Source of the DNA: Eledone cirrhosa
Lineage: Eukaryota
Reading direction: 5' to 3'
NCBI GenBank assembly: GCA_964016885.1
Contig: OZ024741.1
Span: 167,772,001 to 167,836,000, forward strand
DNA: 64,000 nucleotides
The stretch's first letter is position 1; the number at the start of each line of letters is the position of its first letter. The translations under genes and the position numbers were made by a program. Positions 51,249 through 64,000 of this stretch are shown one piece after another. Below the pieces are notes generated by a model. It saw only the letters and a list, made by a program, of their open reading frames with translations. It was not told where the DNA came from and made no database searches.

Positions 51249-53164
51249 TATATGTATATATATATATGTATATATATATATAAATACACACACACACATA
51301 TATATATATATATAAATAAGACCGTTATTGCTCCAATCAGTCCACAAAACACTTAGCAAACGCCCTAAGCTGAACATCCAGTTGCAATCATGACCTCCTG
51401 CCAAACCAACCCATGACTCACTCTCCAATTTGACAAACCAAATGCAGACAACCCACCTTCTCAAACTCAGCATACTGAACCGGACTGCAACAACCACCAA
51501 ATGGGGAAGACAGACGTTATCAAGCTGCAGCTTATATATTATGGGCTTCTGTACAGTCTCTATCCAACAAATTTAACTCACAAAGCATTAGTCAACTGAA
51601 GATTATAGTGGGAGAAACCTGCCCATGGCACCGTTCAGTGAAACTGAACCTAGAACTAAATGGTTGTGAAGCAAGCCCTCTAACTATGTTGCCATGCTTG
51701 TGCCTATATACAAGTTTTGATTCTTGTTTAAAGACATTTAATTTCTCTTGACAATAGTTGTGACTGACAGATATCAGCAATACAGAGATCAATGAAAAAA
51801 TAGTTTTCTTGGTCCACTCTGATGATTGGCTCTGTTTCTTTTAATGTTTCTTGTATCTCTAAGGATTTTCTATAAAATGTGAGCATGACAGTTTACCATT
51901 TCTTCTCCCTAAAAATAGTGTCTTGCTCAAGGGTACAATGTGCTGCTTGGCCCTAATGATCATGAGCTAACCACTAGACCATGTGGCATCACAAATTTAC
52001 AAGTGCTATCAAGAATTATTTGATAATTATTCTCCTTATCCATTCAGCACCTCTACGACTCCCATGCTGGACCACTGTGAGTTCTGACAATGAGCTGTAA
52101 CAAGAGGACAGTCTGCTTGTGAAATTAACATGCAAGTGGCTGAGTATTCCAGACACATATAACTTAACTGTAATTCTCAGGGAGATTCAGTATGACACAG
52201 TGAGTGATAAGGCTAGCTCCTTTGAAATACAGGTATAACTATTTTTTCCAGCTGCATGCACTGGAGAAATATGAAATAAAGTGTCTTGCTCAAAACCACT
52301 ATGTGTCACAGAAAATTGATCTCATGACCTCATCCCTGTGAGTTGAACACCCTAACTACTAAGCTACATGCTTTTACATGAATCTAACATATATGAATAT
52401 GAGGGAAGATGGTGGGGTGGTAGAAACAGCAAGACATTGATTAAATAAATAGCTCACAGCAATGAGTTTAGCTCCTCTATTATTCTGAGTTCAAGTCCCA
52501 TGGTGGTCAAATCGGCCTTTCATCTCTTGGGAAGGAAGTCTATAAGATGATTTATTAATCTCGTATTTATTGTGTCAAGTATAACCATCATATATATATA
52601 TTTCGATATATATATTTTGATATATGTATCCCTCTCTTTATAAGATTGTGGCCTTATGCCAGTGTTTAGAAAATTAATACCAGGAAAATGAATGCGTCTG
52701 TCGAAATTTCAAGAGATGCCATCACAGTAGGAGGCTATCGTTGATAAATAACTATACTTTTATAATCTATATCCTTTTATAAGTTTGTATGCAACATTTT
52801 ATCTGATGAATTTAACATACATTGTCATGTTGGTCATAGGGGAAACTTGGAAGTTATATATAAGACTATAATCACTAAGCTATTGGCTTCTTATTCTTCG
52901 TCATTATCTTTGATGTAGTTTAAAGAAAGAATAATAATTCTGGGAATAATGGAATAAATATGTCGATATTACTAATTTAAATTTCTCTTCATTTTCTTAG
53001 CATGTGCACCAACACTAAATATCTATCTATTTGTCTGTTTTCTCTCTACCTGTCTATCTATATATCTATTCATCCATCTATTTCTACCTGTCTATATATC
53101 TATCTATCTATTTCCCTCTATTTCTCTCTCTGTATATATATGTATATATATATATACCGACAGT

Positions 53165-53360
53165 TGATCGACTTTTGTCAAATCGGACCGAGGAAACAAT
53201 GTTTCCGTTGGTCTTTCCAATTGCTAATACTATCTATCAGTCGGAACTCTAGGTAGAAGGAATAACATGAAATAAAGTGTCTTGCTCAAGGAAATAACAC
53301 ATCGCCTGGTCCAGGAATCGAACTCACAACCTCACAATTGTAGATCTACATGTCTTCACA
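53165..53360 (-). mobile_element. SINE family D (family-A-like head, distinct tail); second copy ~56718-56928
   Basis: Shared ATCGACTTT..TCAAATCGGACCGAGG.AACAATGTTTCCGTTGGTC joined to GAAATAAAGTGTCTTGCTCAAGG. Confidence 0.78.
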
Positions 53361-53815
53361 ACAGGCTATATACATATATATATATAGCCTCCTTCAAGTT
53401 TTAATTTATTACAATCAGCATCAATTCTGGGATCGAATAGTCCATCATACACAGTAGAGATCAGAATTGGAATATGTTCAACTCTGTTTGTATAAGGCAT
53501 CAAACCTGCATATATATAGGATTTCAACCATGCTTGGATGTGATGTTATGAATTGGCAGGAATTAGTATGTATGATTGCTCATATACAGTGATAAAGCTG
53601 ATCAAGTGTCAGAAGAAAGCGAAGATCATAACAAAAAGAAAAATACAATACAGTAAAATAAAGTAATGCCTGCAATAGGGTTAGGAGGACATTCAGAGCT
53701 GGGGTATAGAAACAAGCATAAGTTAATGTAAAATAGAACAATAAAAAACAAACATAGATAAAAATATAAAGAAATAAATAAAAGAAGTGTAAAATCCTTA
53801 GTATTAAAAAAAATT

Positions 53816-53884
<69 letters not shown>

Positions 53885-54014
53885 TCCTATATGAGCGAGA
53901 CATAGTCACCTGACCCTACTTGCCTCTAAATGAGACAAACCCATCTAACCCATGCTAGCGTGGAAGATAGACATTAATCGATGATGATGATGGTGATGAT
54001 GATATATATATATA

Positions 54015-54714
54015 CTTGGAGTGGCAATAAAGTCCTTAGAATAACCCTTTAAATGAAAATCCACAACATATTGAAACTAAATTTTATTAATTCTGCAAAA
54101 CATAATCTCCATTGAATGCAATAACATCTTTACAGTGCTGGTGCAAAGCATTTAACTCTTTCTGGAACCATTGTTTCGACAATTGTTGAAATCAGTGCAA
54201 CGATTCCTCCACCATCTCTTCTAATGAAGTGATAACAAATTTTCTTTGTTTATTCCATTTCTTTGTTTATTCCAATAACATGTGCAATGCAACGCAATGA
54301 CTGTTTTGGTTCTGCATCTATGATACTTTGAATGAGTTGAACGTTGGAATGAATAGTGGTTGTGCAAGGATGGCCAGAACGAGGAGCATCAATAAGTGAT
54401 GACCTACTGCCTTCTTTGAATTATTTCACCCAATGATAAATAATTGAATTTGCTGGAACGTTGTTAATTGCACTCTCCTTCAATTGTGCAATAATATTTG
54501 TTGTTGATTTGCTTCATTTCCATTCACTGAAAACGGATGCTCTAAAATTTTCTTGACTTAAATCCATTTTATGCATGTATTATAAACTCACAAGAATGAC
54601 AACAAAATAATTATGCATGTGCCTGTAACAAAATACAGCATTCATACAGAATATCGCATGTGTACAACAAAGTTCAAATTCCAACTATTCTAAAGACTTT
54701 ATTGTCATGCCAAG
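54015..54714 (-). mobile_element. Internally deleted mariner transposon
   Basis: TIRs CTTGGAGTGGCAATAAAGTCCTTAGAATA / TATTCTAAAGACTTTATTGTCATGCCAAG in TA flanks; minus strand MDLSQENFRASVF...DAPRSGHP. Confidence 0.85.
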
Positions 54715-55572
54715 TATATATATATATGTATAATACATTTTTACATAAACATCTGTCTCGGGTTCAGGTAGAAATTATTTTTCCTTGTTCTTTTTTATGT
54801 GTTTTTTGTTTTTTAAAATATTCTTCTCCCTCCAATATTTGAAAAACAAGTTATTCCCAATGGGTTTTGAAGTCAGATTTGTTGAAAACACACAAAAGAA
54901 AGTGAAGAAAAAAATTTCTACCCAAACATGAGATGGGTGGTTATGTAAACATTTACCATATATGTGTGTGCGTGTGTGTGAACAATAAAAACAGAAGTCA
55001 GTGTAGATAGAGAGTTAGTTCATTATGATCGATTCAGAGGGTCGATTGATTGATGAATATTGATGTATGTATTGACTAGCATGGTAGTGATTAAGTTACT
55101 ACCTATTTCTAGTCTCAAAAACCCTGTTCAATCGGCTGTCCTCCTCAGAAACACTAAACTGATTTTATTTACTAGATGTATATATGCAGACTCAAGAAAT
55201 AAGGACTTACATGAATTTTAATAGAAGAGATAAAAAATGAGTTAGTCTCTTATTTCAGGTAAAACTCTCAAAACTTTTATACATGTAGCATCAAAAAGGA
55301 CAAAGTCATTAAAAACAATGGTGACTAGATTGATGATTACATTCCTAACGACTATTTTTTTAAAATTGTCATTGAAAAATATTGGACAACACTTTCATTA
55401 CAAACTTATATATACTTTTAGAAAAGGTATGCTGCATTCTGGTATTTTGCAAGAGGCTTTTAAAAGGGTTATCATCGGGAAGGGTACTAAGCTCTAAAAT
55501 ATTGTCTCAAACCATCTGGTCCAACCTATGCTACTGGCATGGAAAAGTAAACGTAAAAATGATGACGATCTA

Positions 55573-55633
<61 letters not shown>

Positions 55634-55674
55634 CAGGATACTAAGTTCATCAGAATGCTTATAAAATTCTCTAA

Positions 55675-55899
55675 TTAACTCTTTTGATACTAAACCACCC
55701 TGGTTCTAAGCATTTTATTTTAAAGTGTGTACATCTATCTAAAAATGACCATCATAATTTTATGTAAGAATCTTTATTACATTATATTCCAAACAACAGC
55801 TTAATGAGAAAGTTATATTGCTATAAATTCTTGATTATTTTCAAAATAATTTGAAAATTATAGGTACTTTCAATAGAAATATGGTAACGAAAAGGTTAA
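55675..55899. mobile_element. piggyBac-type MITE relic
   Basis: TTAACTCTTTTGATAC ... GGTAACGAAAAGGTTAA; related ends near 56213 and 62625-62700. Confidence 0.6.
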
Positions 55900-57114
55900 G
55901 TTAGTTTTTAAACATTAAATTCAACTCTTAACTTTATGTAATGATTTTGCAAAAATATTTTTTTAATAATATTTAAAAAAAACAACCTACTTTCATCTTT
56001 GCTTTGAATAAATATTTACTCAATCAAATAAATATTATTATGTTTATATTTATCCAAAAACCTTTCATCATAATTATATAAGAAATTTTCTACACCATCT
56101 TAATAATGAGAAAGTTAGTTATATTATTAAATCCTTTCTAATTAGATTGTTTTCAGAATAATTTGAAAACTTGACAGTGTCTTTCATTAGAGATATTGTA
56201 ACAAAAGGGTTAAACTAATAGCTGTGACTCACTTTGATTTGTGACCTTTGACAAGCATTAGCTTCTAAAGAGAGTCTTCTGATGTATTGTTTCATTAAAT
56301 GTCTTTTCTTATCAGAGAAAAATGATGAGATAAGTGGATGGGTGTTGTCTAGAGATTATTAATGGTACTTACTCAATTAATCAGAAGCATGAAAAGTGAT
56401 GTTGTACAAATATTAAAGTATTAAGATAGCCCTCAGATACATATTGAAGTCATAACAATTAACTATAGACTCTTATATATTATTATCATGAAGGTATGTG
56501 GCTTAGTGGTTAGAGCATCAACACATAATTATGACAATTTTTATCAGAGACACAAGAACAGAAATTTTGGTGGGAAGCAATTAGTCAATCAAATTGACTC
56601 CATTACATAATTGGTACTCTATTTTATTGATCCCGGGGAGCGGGGGATGAGACACAAAGTTGACTTCAACGGGTTGTGAACTCAGAATGTAAAGAGCCAG
56701 AATACATATATAAAGGAACGATCGACTTTCGTCAAATCGGACCGAGGGAACAATGTTTCCGTTGGTCTTTCCAATTGCTAATACTATCTATCGGTTGCAA
56801 CTCCAGGTAGAAGGAGCAACGTGAAATAAAGTGTCTTGCTCAAGGACATAACGCATCGCCTGGTCCAGGAATCAAACTCACAACCTTACGATTGCGAATC
56901 CAATTCTCTAACCACTCAGCCTTCACATAGTATTTATACATATATAAATACAACCATAATGTTGTGAGTTCAATTCCTAGCAGTGTGTTGTGTTCTTGAG
57001 CAAGACACTTTATTTATCACATTGCTTCATTCCACTCAGACAGATAAAAAAATGAGTAAGCTGTTCTGTTGTTCAAATAACAGGAACACTAGTCATTGTA
57101 ACTGCTGGAGGCTA

Positions 57115-57239
57115 AACAACAATAACAGCAACAACAAAAAACAGGACCAGCAGCAACAACAAAAACAACAACAGCAACAGCAACAACAATTACTACTACT
57201 ACTACTACTACAATTACCACTACCACTACTACTACTACC

Positions 57240-57297
<58 letters not shown>

Positions 57298-57379
57298 TTA
57301 CTACTACTACTACTACCACTATTACCACCACCACCACCACCCCCACCACCACCCCCACCACCAGCACCACCACCACCAT

Positions 57380-57415
<36 letters not shown>

Positions 57416-57420
57416 ACCAT

Positions 57421-57466
<46 letters not shown>

Positions 57467-57473
57467 GTTGTTG
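57115..57473. repeat. Compound (CAA)n/(CTA)n/(CCA)n microsatellite
   Basis: Direct reading. Confidence 0.95.
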
Positions 57474-57830
57474 TTAAAATAAATAGTACAAGAAATTTCG
57501 CTCATTACACTATTGCTTCTGACCTTTCAAAGACTTGGAAATACATATCAGCTTTTTAGGTCTAACAAATGATACGGGGTCGATAAAATAAAGTACCAGT
57601 AATCTACTGGGGTAATTACTGGCCTTGTGCCTAAAGTAGAAACAATTATAATCTTTAAACAAATACGCATACATATGAATTAGTATGTACATATGTTCAT
57701 TGAGATAAATATGCTGACACACATACACATATACATACTATAATGTTATTGTATTGTGTTGTTCTCTGGAACTGATTATTTCAAGTCTTTAACTTCATAT
57801 ATATATATCATCATCATCGTTTAATGTCGA

Positions 57831-57860
<30 letters not shown>

Positions 57861-57861
<1 letters not shown>

Positions 57862-58623
57862 TTCGTTTTCATTTTGTTTCAATTTATCGTTTTCGGTATG
57901 CCTGACCGATTTAACTCACTCAATATGCAAATTAGGCTGCTCAGCCGTTAATTTTCATAAGGAAAGTATATACTTTCGAATGTTCAACTATCTGGCAGAT
58001 GGGTAAACGGTGCTGATGATAGCTAACAAGCTTGAAACTAGTACATCGTTCCTGTGTCAGTGTTGAACAAAAAGGTGACGTGGTTGCCTTAACACCGTAT
58101 GGCATAAATTCAGGCTGTTCAGTTTGTTTACAAACGAACAAAGCGACGTTAGCGCCGCTAAACTGATACGTGCATATATGTATGTGTACCTGTATGCATA
58201 TGTATGTATATATGTATATATATATATATATATGTGCATGCTACTGTACGTCTGTATACATATATGTATGTACGTATACATGCATACTTACATTTAAGTA
58301 AGTGCCATACTAAGAGTGAGAAATGAAATTTCGTTTTCATTTTGTTTCAATTTATCATATATATATAGATATCTTCATCATCATCATCATCATCATTTTA
58401 TGTCCGCTTTTCCCTGTGTATATATATAACGAAGGAGTTGTGGTAAGGAACCAGATGGACCGTAACGCACCAGAGTACTCAATACTTAGGGTAGTAGAGT
58501 GGGTAATAGGAAAACGTATGACCTCGACGGCAGAGCTCAAGCCGTTTCGACGGCTGTTTCTGGACTCCAGAAATAGCCATCGAAACGGCTTGAGCTCTGC
58601 CGTCGGGGTCATACATTTTCCTA
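57861..58623 (+). mobile_element. Second locus of hammerhead element H2, with terminal redundancy and attached 117-bp hairpin
   Basis: TTTCGTTTTCATTTTGTTTCAATTTATC occurs at 57861 and 58329; hammerhead at 58007-58049; 58427-58510 matches reverse complement of 8830-8912; palindrome at 58507-58623. Confidence 0.8.
58007..58049 (+). ncRNA. Minimal hammerhead ribozyme motif (H2)
   Basis: Identical by eye to 9613-9655. Confidence 0.8.
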
Positions 58624-58778
58624 TATATATATATATTTATGTGTGTATATATATATATGTGTGTATGTGTGTATATATATATGTGTGTATATATATATAT
58701 ATATGTGTGTGTGTATATATATATATACATATATATATATATAGATATATATATATGTATATATATGTAAACTATATA

Positions 58779-58810
<32 letters not shown>

Positions 58811-58910
58811 TATGTATATATATATGTGCATATATATATATATATATATATGTGTGTATATATACATGTGTATATATATGTATATAACAATATATGTATA
58901 TATATATGTT

Positions 58911-58944
<34 letters not shown>

Positions 58945-60254
58945 AATATATGTGTGTGCTTGTCTATATGTATTATTGAAAGGAGTGAGAAAAAGTGCTC
59001 CATACCGACCTAATAGAAATACCCCCCCTCTCCCCTGCAGTTTGTTGCTTTATAATGAATCTATCAATGTATACAGATGTATGAAAAGAAAAATTACATT
59101 TTGACATGCAAATGATATGAATTTGCACTGTATTTTGTCTTTTGGGTAATTCAAATTTAATAAAATATTTTTCAAAGAAATAATCCACCCTGAACTTAAT
59201 TAAACAAAGAAGCCTTTCAATGAAATTTGAATTTGTACCAATTTTAAAATAAAATAGTTTTTTATCAACTCTCAGACAACCTCTATTCTAGAAGCATACA
59301 GTGTAGTGAATCACTTATAATTAAAAGACAAATTTTTTTGGATAGGAGAATGGTACAAACTTTCAACAACATACATGAGACATACAAAAATTCACATTTA
59401 TAATCATCATCACCATCTAATGTCTATTTTCTATGCTTGCGTTGGTTAAATGGCTGTTGCATACTGAGGTTAGACTGGTCAGTTGACTAGGTCATGCTCA
59501 TATGCTTTGTTCTAGCTTGGTTTCTATGTCTGAATGTCCTTCCTAATGCCAACCACTTTATAGCGTGTACTGGGAGCATGGTTTCTACAGCTGAATGCCC
59601 TTCTTAATACCAGGTGCTACATAGTGTACTGGAAGTATGTTATTGTGACTCCAATGCTACCATCTAACAGGGTGGACAGGGTACTTATTGTCAAAGCACC
59701 AGTACTAACCCCTTACAGAGTGACTGGGTGCTTTTATAGTGGAACCAGTACCATTTCATTACAGCACTATGGTGCTTAGTGTACATGGTCATGCTGTGGG
59801 TGGGGTTTGAGGCTGAGGTCTAACAATTCATTGCTGGAGACAAGGCTCTTTGTTTTGCCTGGCTTCCATTTGTGGCCTAAAATAAGGCATTTATATATTG
59901 CTTGGTCCATGTGATTGGGTGTCCATCATTTTAGGGATTTGCCAGGCTTGCCTGGGCTGGAAGAGTGTTGGGTGTTCAGCAGTGAAAGTGAATCAGTCAA
60001 GATTTCGCCTAGATTTCCATGCTAGTATAGGTTGGCTGAAGAAGTCAGGAGCATATTGGTAGGTGAGGACCTGAGAGCTCTATCTCTCTGCTTCTTCGTG
60101 TTTAAGGTGGAGAAGGTGATCAGGGGCATGCTAGCAGGGATTTCAGGAGTATACTGGCAGGTGGGAGATGGGACTTGAGTGTTGTAACACCTCTCTTTTT
60201 CTTCAGATTTAGTTTGAAGTGGGTCAGCTATCCTTCTTCTACTGCATTTATTCC

Positions 60255-61225
60255 ACTTGAGTGGGAAGGTGAGTTCTTCATATTATGGAATATTGCTAGT
60301 TTTCTTGGTCATGGGTCATCTCCTTTGTGAGTTTGGCCCTCACCACATCATTCTGAGTTTATTTAGGTCTTCCCTTTCCAAGGGTTCCTTTGACTTCAAG
60401 CACCCTGCTTTTCTTTATGCAGCTATCATCCTTCATATGCATTTCATGTCCATACCATCACAGTCTCCTTATCCCCAGTTTTTCTTTCAGCTCATTGATA
60501 CTGCATCACTCATATTACATATACATCGGAGAATGCTCACCTCATTTCTTTCCAATCTTTGTAAGCGTTCCATACACAAAGCTCATTGCCATTCAAATGC
60601 AAGCATCATACAGTCTACCTTTCACTCAACTCTGTGTGAGAAACCCTTTGTATCCAGCAATTGTAGTTGTTCCCTAAACTTCTTTCAAACAGTCCTTACT
60701 TTGGCTACTGTAATTATAGAATACCCAGCCCCACTGCTAATTTAGTCCCCTAGGGAGCAGAAACTATTGACTATTTTTAGGGAGCCCTCTGAACATTTGA
60801 TAAGGCTTGTTTCCTGTGTGCTCTTGTTGCTTACCTCTCTTGTGCATTGGCTACATACAAAACCTACAATATTTGCTAGCCTGATTGCAATCCCACTACA
60901 TTTGTATACCCAAGTCTTACATTTTGTACATAAGATGGAATTTCTGCCTACTTCTTTCCTGCATACTGAGCAAGGCCATTTCCTTGAAGGAATCGGGATC
61001 TTGTTTTCTTTTTTACTTATTAAGAATTTGGTCTATGTGTGGTTGAATCTGAGGCCTATTGATTCCAGGTTTTGCTTCCATGTCTGGAATTTTTACTCTA
61101 GTTCTGCTGCAGTTTCAACTATAAAGACTAGATTGTTAGCATATAAGGGTTCTCATGGGCAGACATTTTAAAACTCCTCTGTTAAGGCCTCAGGGACAAT
61201 AATAAATAGGAGAAGGCTGAGGATA
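60255..61225 (-). mobile_element. Degenerate RTE LINE fragment
   Basis: Antisense ORFs mirror those over 49691-50809; KWPCSVCRK..GRNSI recognisable on the minus strand. Confidence 0.8.
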
Positions 61226-61240
61226 CACACACACACACAC

Positions 61241-61548
61241 AAGAATGGAAAATAAGGCAGTATTCAGGAATCTTATATCATTTTATTAATTGTGTCATTG
61301 CTATTATGTGTATTTCAATGGCATCAATTATGTAATTGATACACTCTCGTCAGAGAGCTGTTATGTAATTAGTCTTTCTCTGATATGCTCAGGGCAAGTA
61401 TTTTTGATGTTGTCACTAATATACATAATAGCTATCTGATGAGATCATAGTGACTACATAATTGATGCCATTGAAATGCACATAGTAGCAATGATGTAAT
61501 GAATAAAATGATATAAGATTTCAGAATACTGCCTTATTCTTCATTCTT
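61241..61548. mobile_element. Inverted pLTR-like pair with two divergent hammerhead motifs (61300-61358 minus, 61431-61489 plus)
   Basis: Minus: CTGACGA..GTATCAATTA CA TAATTGATGC..GAAA-TACACATA-ATAGC. Plus: GCTAT-CTGATGA..GAAA-TGCACATA-GTAGC. AATAAA lies just downstream of each. Confidence 0.75.
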
Positions 61549-62205
61549 ATACAAAAACTCTGTTGTTCATAAACCTGCATCATTATATCACGGTTTGGAA
61601 ACTATTCTATGTTGAGTGCTAAAACCTGCGTACATAATTGATCGACAAGTATGATTGTGAAACAAATATTGATTAGTGAACACTAACAAACCAAATATAT
61701 ATATGTGTGTGTGTATATGCATGTATATATATATATATATATATATATAAGGGGTTGAGAGGCCTTTTCAGTTGTATCAAAGACATGAGACTGTATGTAA
61801 GTGAGATGCTGACTCCTGGCCTGTCTGGGAGGTTAGTAAACCCGCTTCAGTATTGACAAAATGTGTGAAGACCAGTCAAAACCTTGCTATCAGGGAAAAC
61901 AGTTGTCAAATGATGATGAAGAGGATAATAATGATGATATCAAGGTTGACACACATGCATACATACATGAATTCATATATGCACACATACATGTTATATA
62001 TGCATGCATTACACACACATACATATATACATACATATATACTTACATGCATACATACATACATACATACACAATCATACATGCCTCCACACACATATGT
62101 GCTTACACAAACATACGCACATACATTCATAAACACATACACACACAAATATACATACGCATTCATACCTATATACATACACACTAACACACACACTACA
62201 CACAC

Positions 62206-62288
<83 letters not shown>

Positions 62289-62839
62289 TACATACCCACG
62301 CATTCGTCTATACTTACACACACATATATAAGATATACACACAACACAGTTGTTTTATACTACCATTAAAGTAGTGTGATTCATCAAGTGATAGTTATGA
62401 AAATGATTATGATAAAATGGTATTAAATAGAGCCAGACAGATATCGATTAACTCTACAAAAATAGAAGAGAATAGTCTTTGCAGAGACACCAGTTCCACA
62501 TTCCTACACATTTATGTGTTGCATATTCCATTCTGTCCATTCCATTCATTCTAGAATTAATATCATTTCTTCCTTGTAAGTTGTAAAGTAGTAGTGAGTG
62601 ATGCACTATTCAAGCAACGAGTTGTTAACTCTTTTGATACCAAACTGTCTGAAAATCAGTTCTATGATACGTAGGTGTTTTTTTTTAACCCTTTCTTTAC
62701 TATATTTTAAGTGAAATACACCATATGATTTTCAATTAATTTTGAAAATAATGAAGAATTTGTAGGGATTAATAATATAACTAACTTTTCTCTTAAGCTG
62801 ATGTTTGTAACATAACATAAAGATTCTTACATAAAATCA

Positions 62840-63540
62840 TGCAGTCATCATCACATGTACAAGATCAACAGGAGCAAGATCTGACTGCTCCAACTACCAA
62901 GGAAAAAGTCTGTTCTTCATTGCACGAAAAATCTGTGCAAGTACAGTCCTGAATAGACTAGTGCCAACCATTGCATAAAAATACCAGCCAGAGAGCCAGT
63001 GTGGATACAGAGATAACAGGGTCTTTGTTCTCAGACAACTCCAAGAGAAATGCAGTGACTATAATAAAAGGGACTGTTCATGATGTTTTGTAAACCTTAT
63101 CAAATCATTTGACATTGGGAATAGGAGAGATCTATGGAGGATCATAGAATGCCCAGAATGAACCCCCCATGTCCTACTCAACATGGTCATCCAGCTAAAT
63201 GAGAATCAACAGGGCTATATTAGATTCAATTATGAGCTCTTCAAGCCCTTTCACAGAGAAAACAGAGTAAAGCTGGGTTGCTGTGCAAACACTTTTCCTC
63301 ATCTTCAGCATGGTGCTCATGAGAGCTACACAAGGCATTGATGATGAGGATGGTCTGGATGTCAGATACTGTACTGGTGGTAGCCTGCTTAATCTAGGCA
63401 CCTGCAATCCCACACCAAGACATTGGATCCACTCATTCGAGAATTACTCAATTACTCATCACCAAATACTACAGCCCTAGTTGCTCTCACTGAGTCAACT
63501 ATGCAGTATATAGCATCTTACTTTGCAGAGATTGCACTTT
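62840..63540 (+). mobile_element. Old RTE (BovB-like) RT relic
   Basis: VLNRLVPTIA..PESQCGYR, VFVLRQLQEKC, TLFLIFSM..DGLDVRY. Confidence 0.7.
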
Positions 63541-63681
63541 CATAAATCTTCATTAGTGAAGTTAAGCCAAGATAATGACTTTCTAAACATTGGCAGGAGG
63601 AAAGATAAAGTTAATCTTGGCAGCTGATATAAATATTACTCTTAAGCTCTATCATTTCTGCAAAATGTATATATATATATA

Positions 63682-64000
63682 TCATCATCATCATCATCAT
63701 CATCATTTTACGTCCACTTTTCCCTGCTTGCAAGGGTGGGACAGGAACTGATTCTGGCTTGATTTCTACAGCTGGATGACCTTCCTAACACCAACCTCAT
63801 TTACAGTGAGTGCTGGGTGCTTTTTGCCGTGACACCTACACGACCACTTTGCAGTGGATGATAGGGACTGGGGTCCATATCATCTCATTTCTACAGCTGA
63901 GTAAACTGGAGGAATGTAAAGTAAAGTGTCTTGCTCAAGGAAACAACACATCACCCAGTCTGAGAATTGAACTCACAACCTTTCGATTGCAAGGCCAATT
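63682..64000 (-). mobile_element. SINE family A (runs off the window edge)
   Basis: Matches 8458-8770. Confidence 0.88.

Noticed and set aside
52802-52850. CTGATGA...GAAAC hammerhead candidate (also 10767-10773 minus)
   Set aside because: No convincing stems I/II could be formed.
56983-57505. PolyQ/L/P ORF
   Set aside because: Compound microsatellite preceded by a SINE head.

Overview
Eukaryotic, very AT-rich, repeat-saturated DNA, not prokaryotic. The (TA)n/(CAT)n microsatellite load, tRNA-derived SINEs with RTE tails and TTAA MITEs suggest a coleoid cephalopod (Octopus-like); this is inferred from repeat style only. No host protein-coding gene can be supported, and most ORF-track entries are microsatellite artefacts. 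Retroelements: a near full-length Tx1/L1 LINE (14420-20212, -) with few lesions, a 3' fragment of a related Tx1 family, an R4/Dong-type RLE LINE fragment, two Penelope-like elements (a Naiad-type and a Neptune-type GIY-YIG element), several RTE LINE fragments and many SINEs. DNA elements: three copies of an internally deleted maT (DD37D) transposon, a deleted mariner, a hAT-type non-autonomous element, a palindromic Helitron composite and piggyBac-type MITEs. The most notable signal is non-coding: at least five sequence-unrelated families of minimal hammerhead-ribozyme motifs (CTGANGA...GAAA), several in tandem or fold-back arrangements, including a ~469-bp protein-free retrozyme-like unit. 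About ten long inverted repeats and apparent microsatellite targeting by LINEs also stand out. All calls were made by eye and boundaries are approximate.
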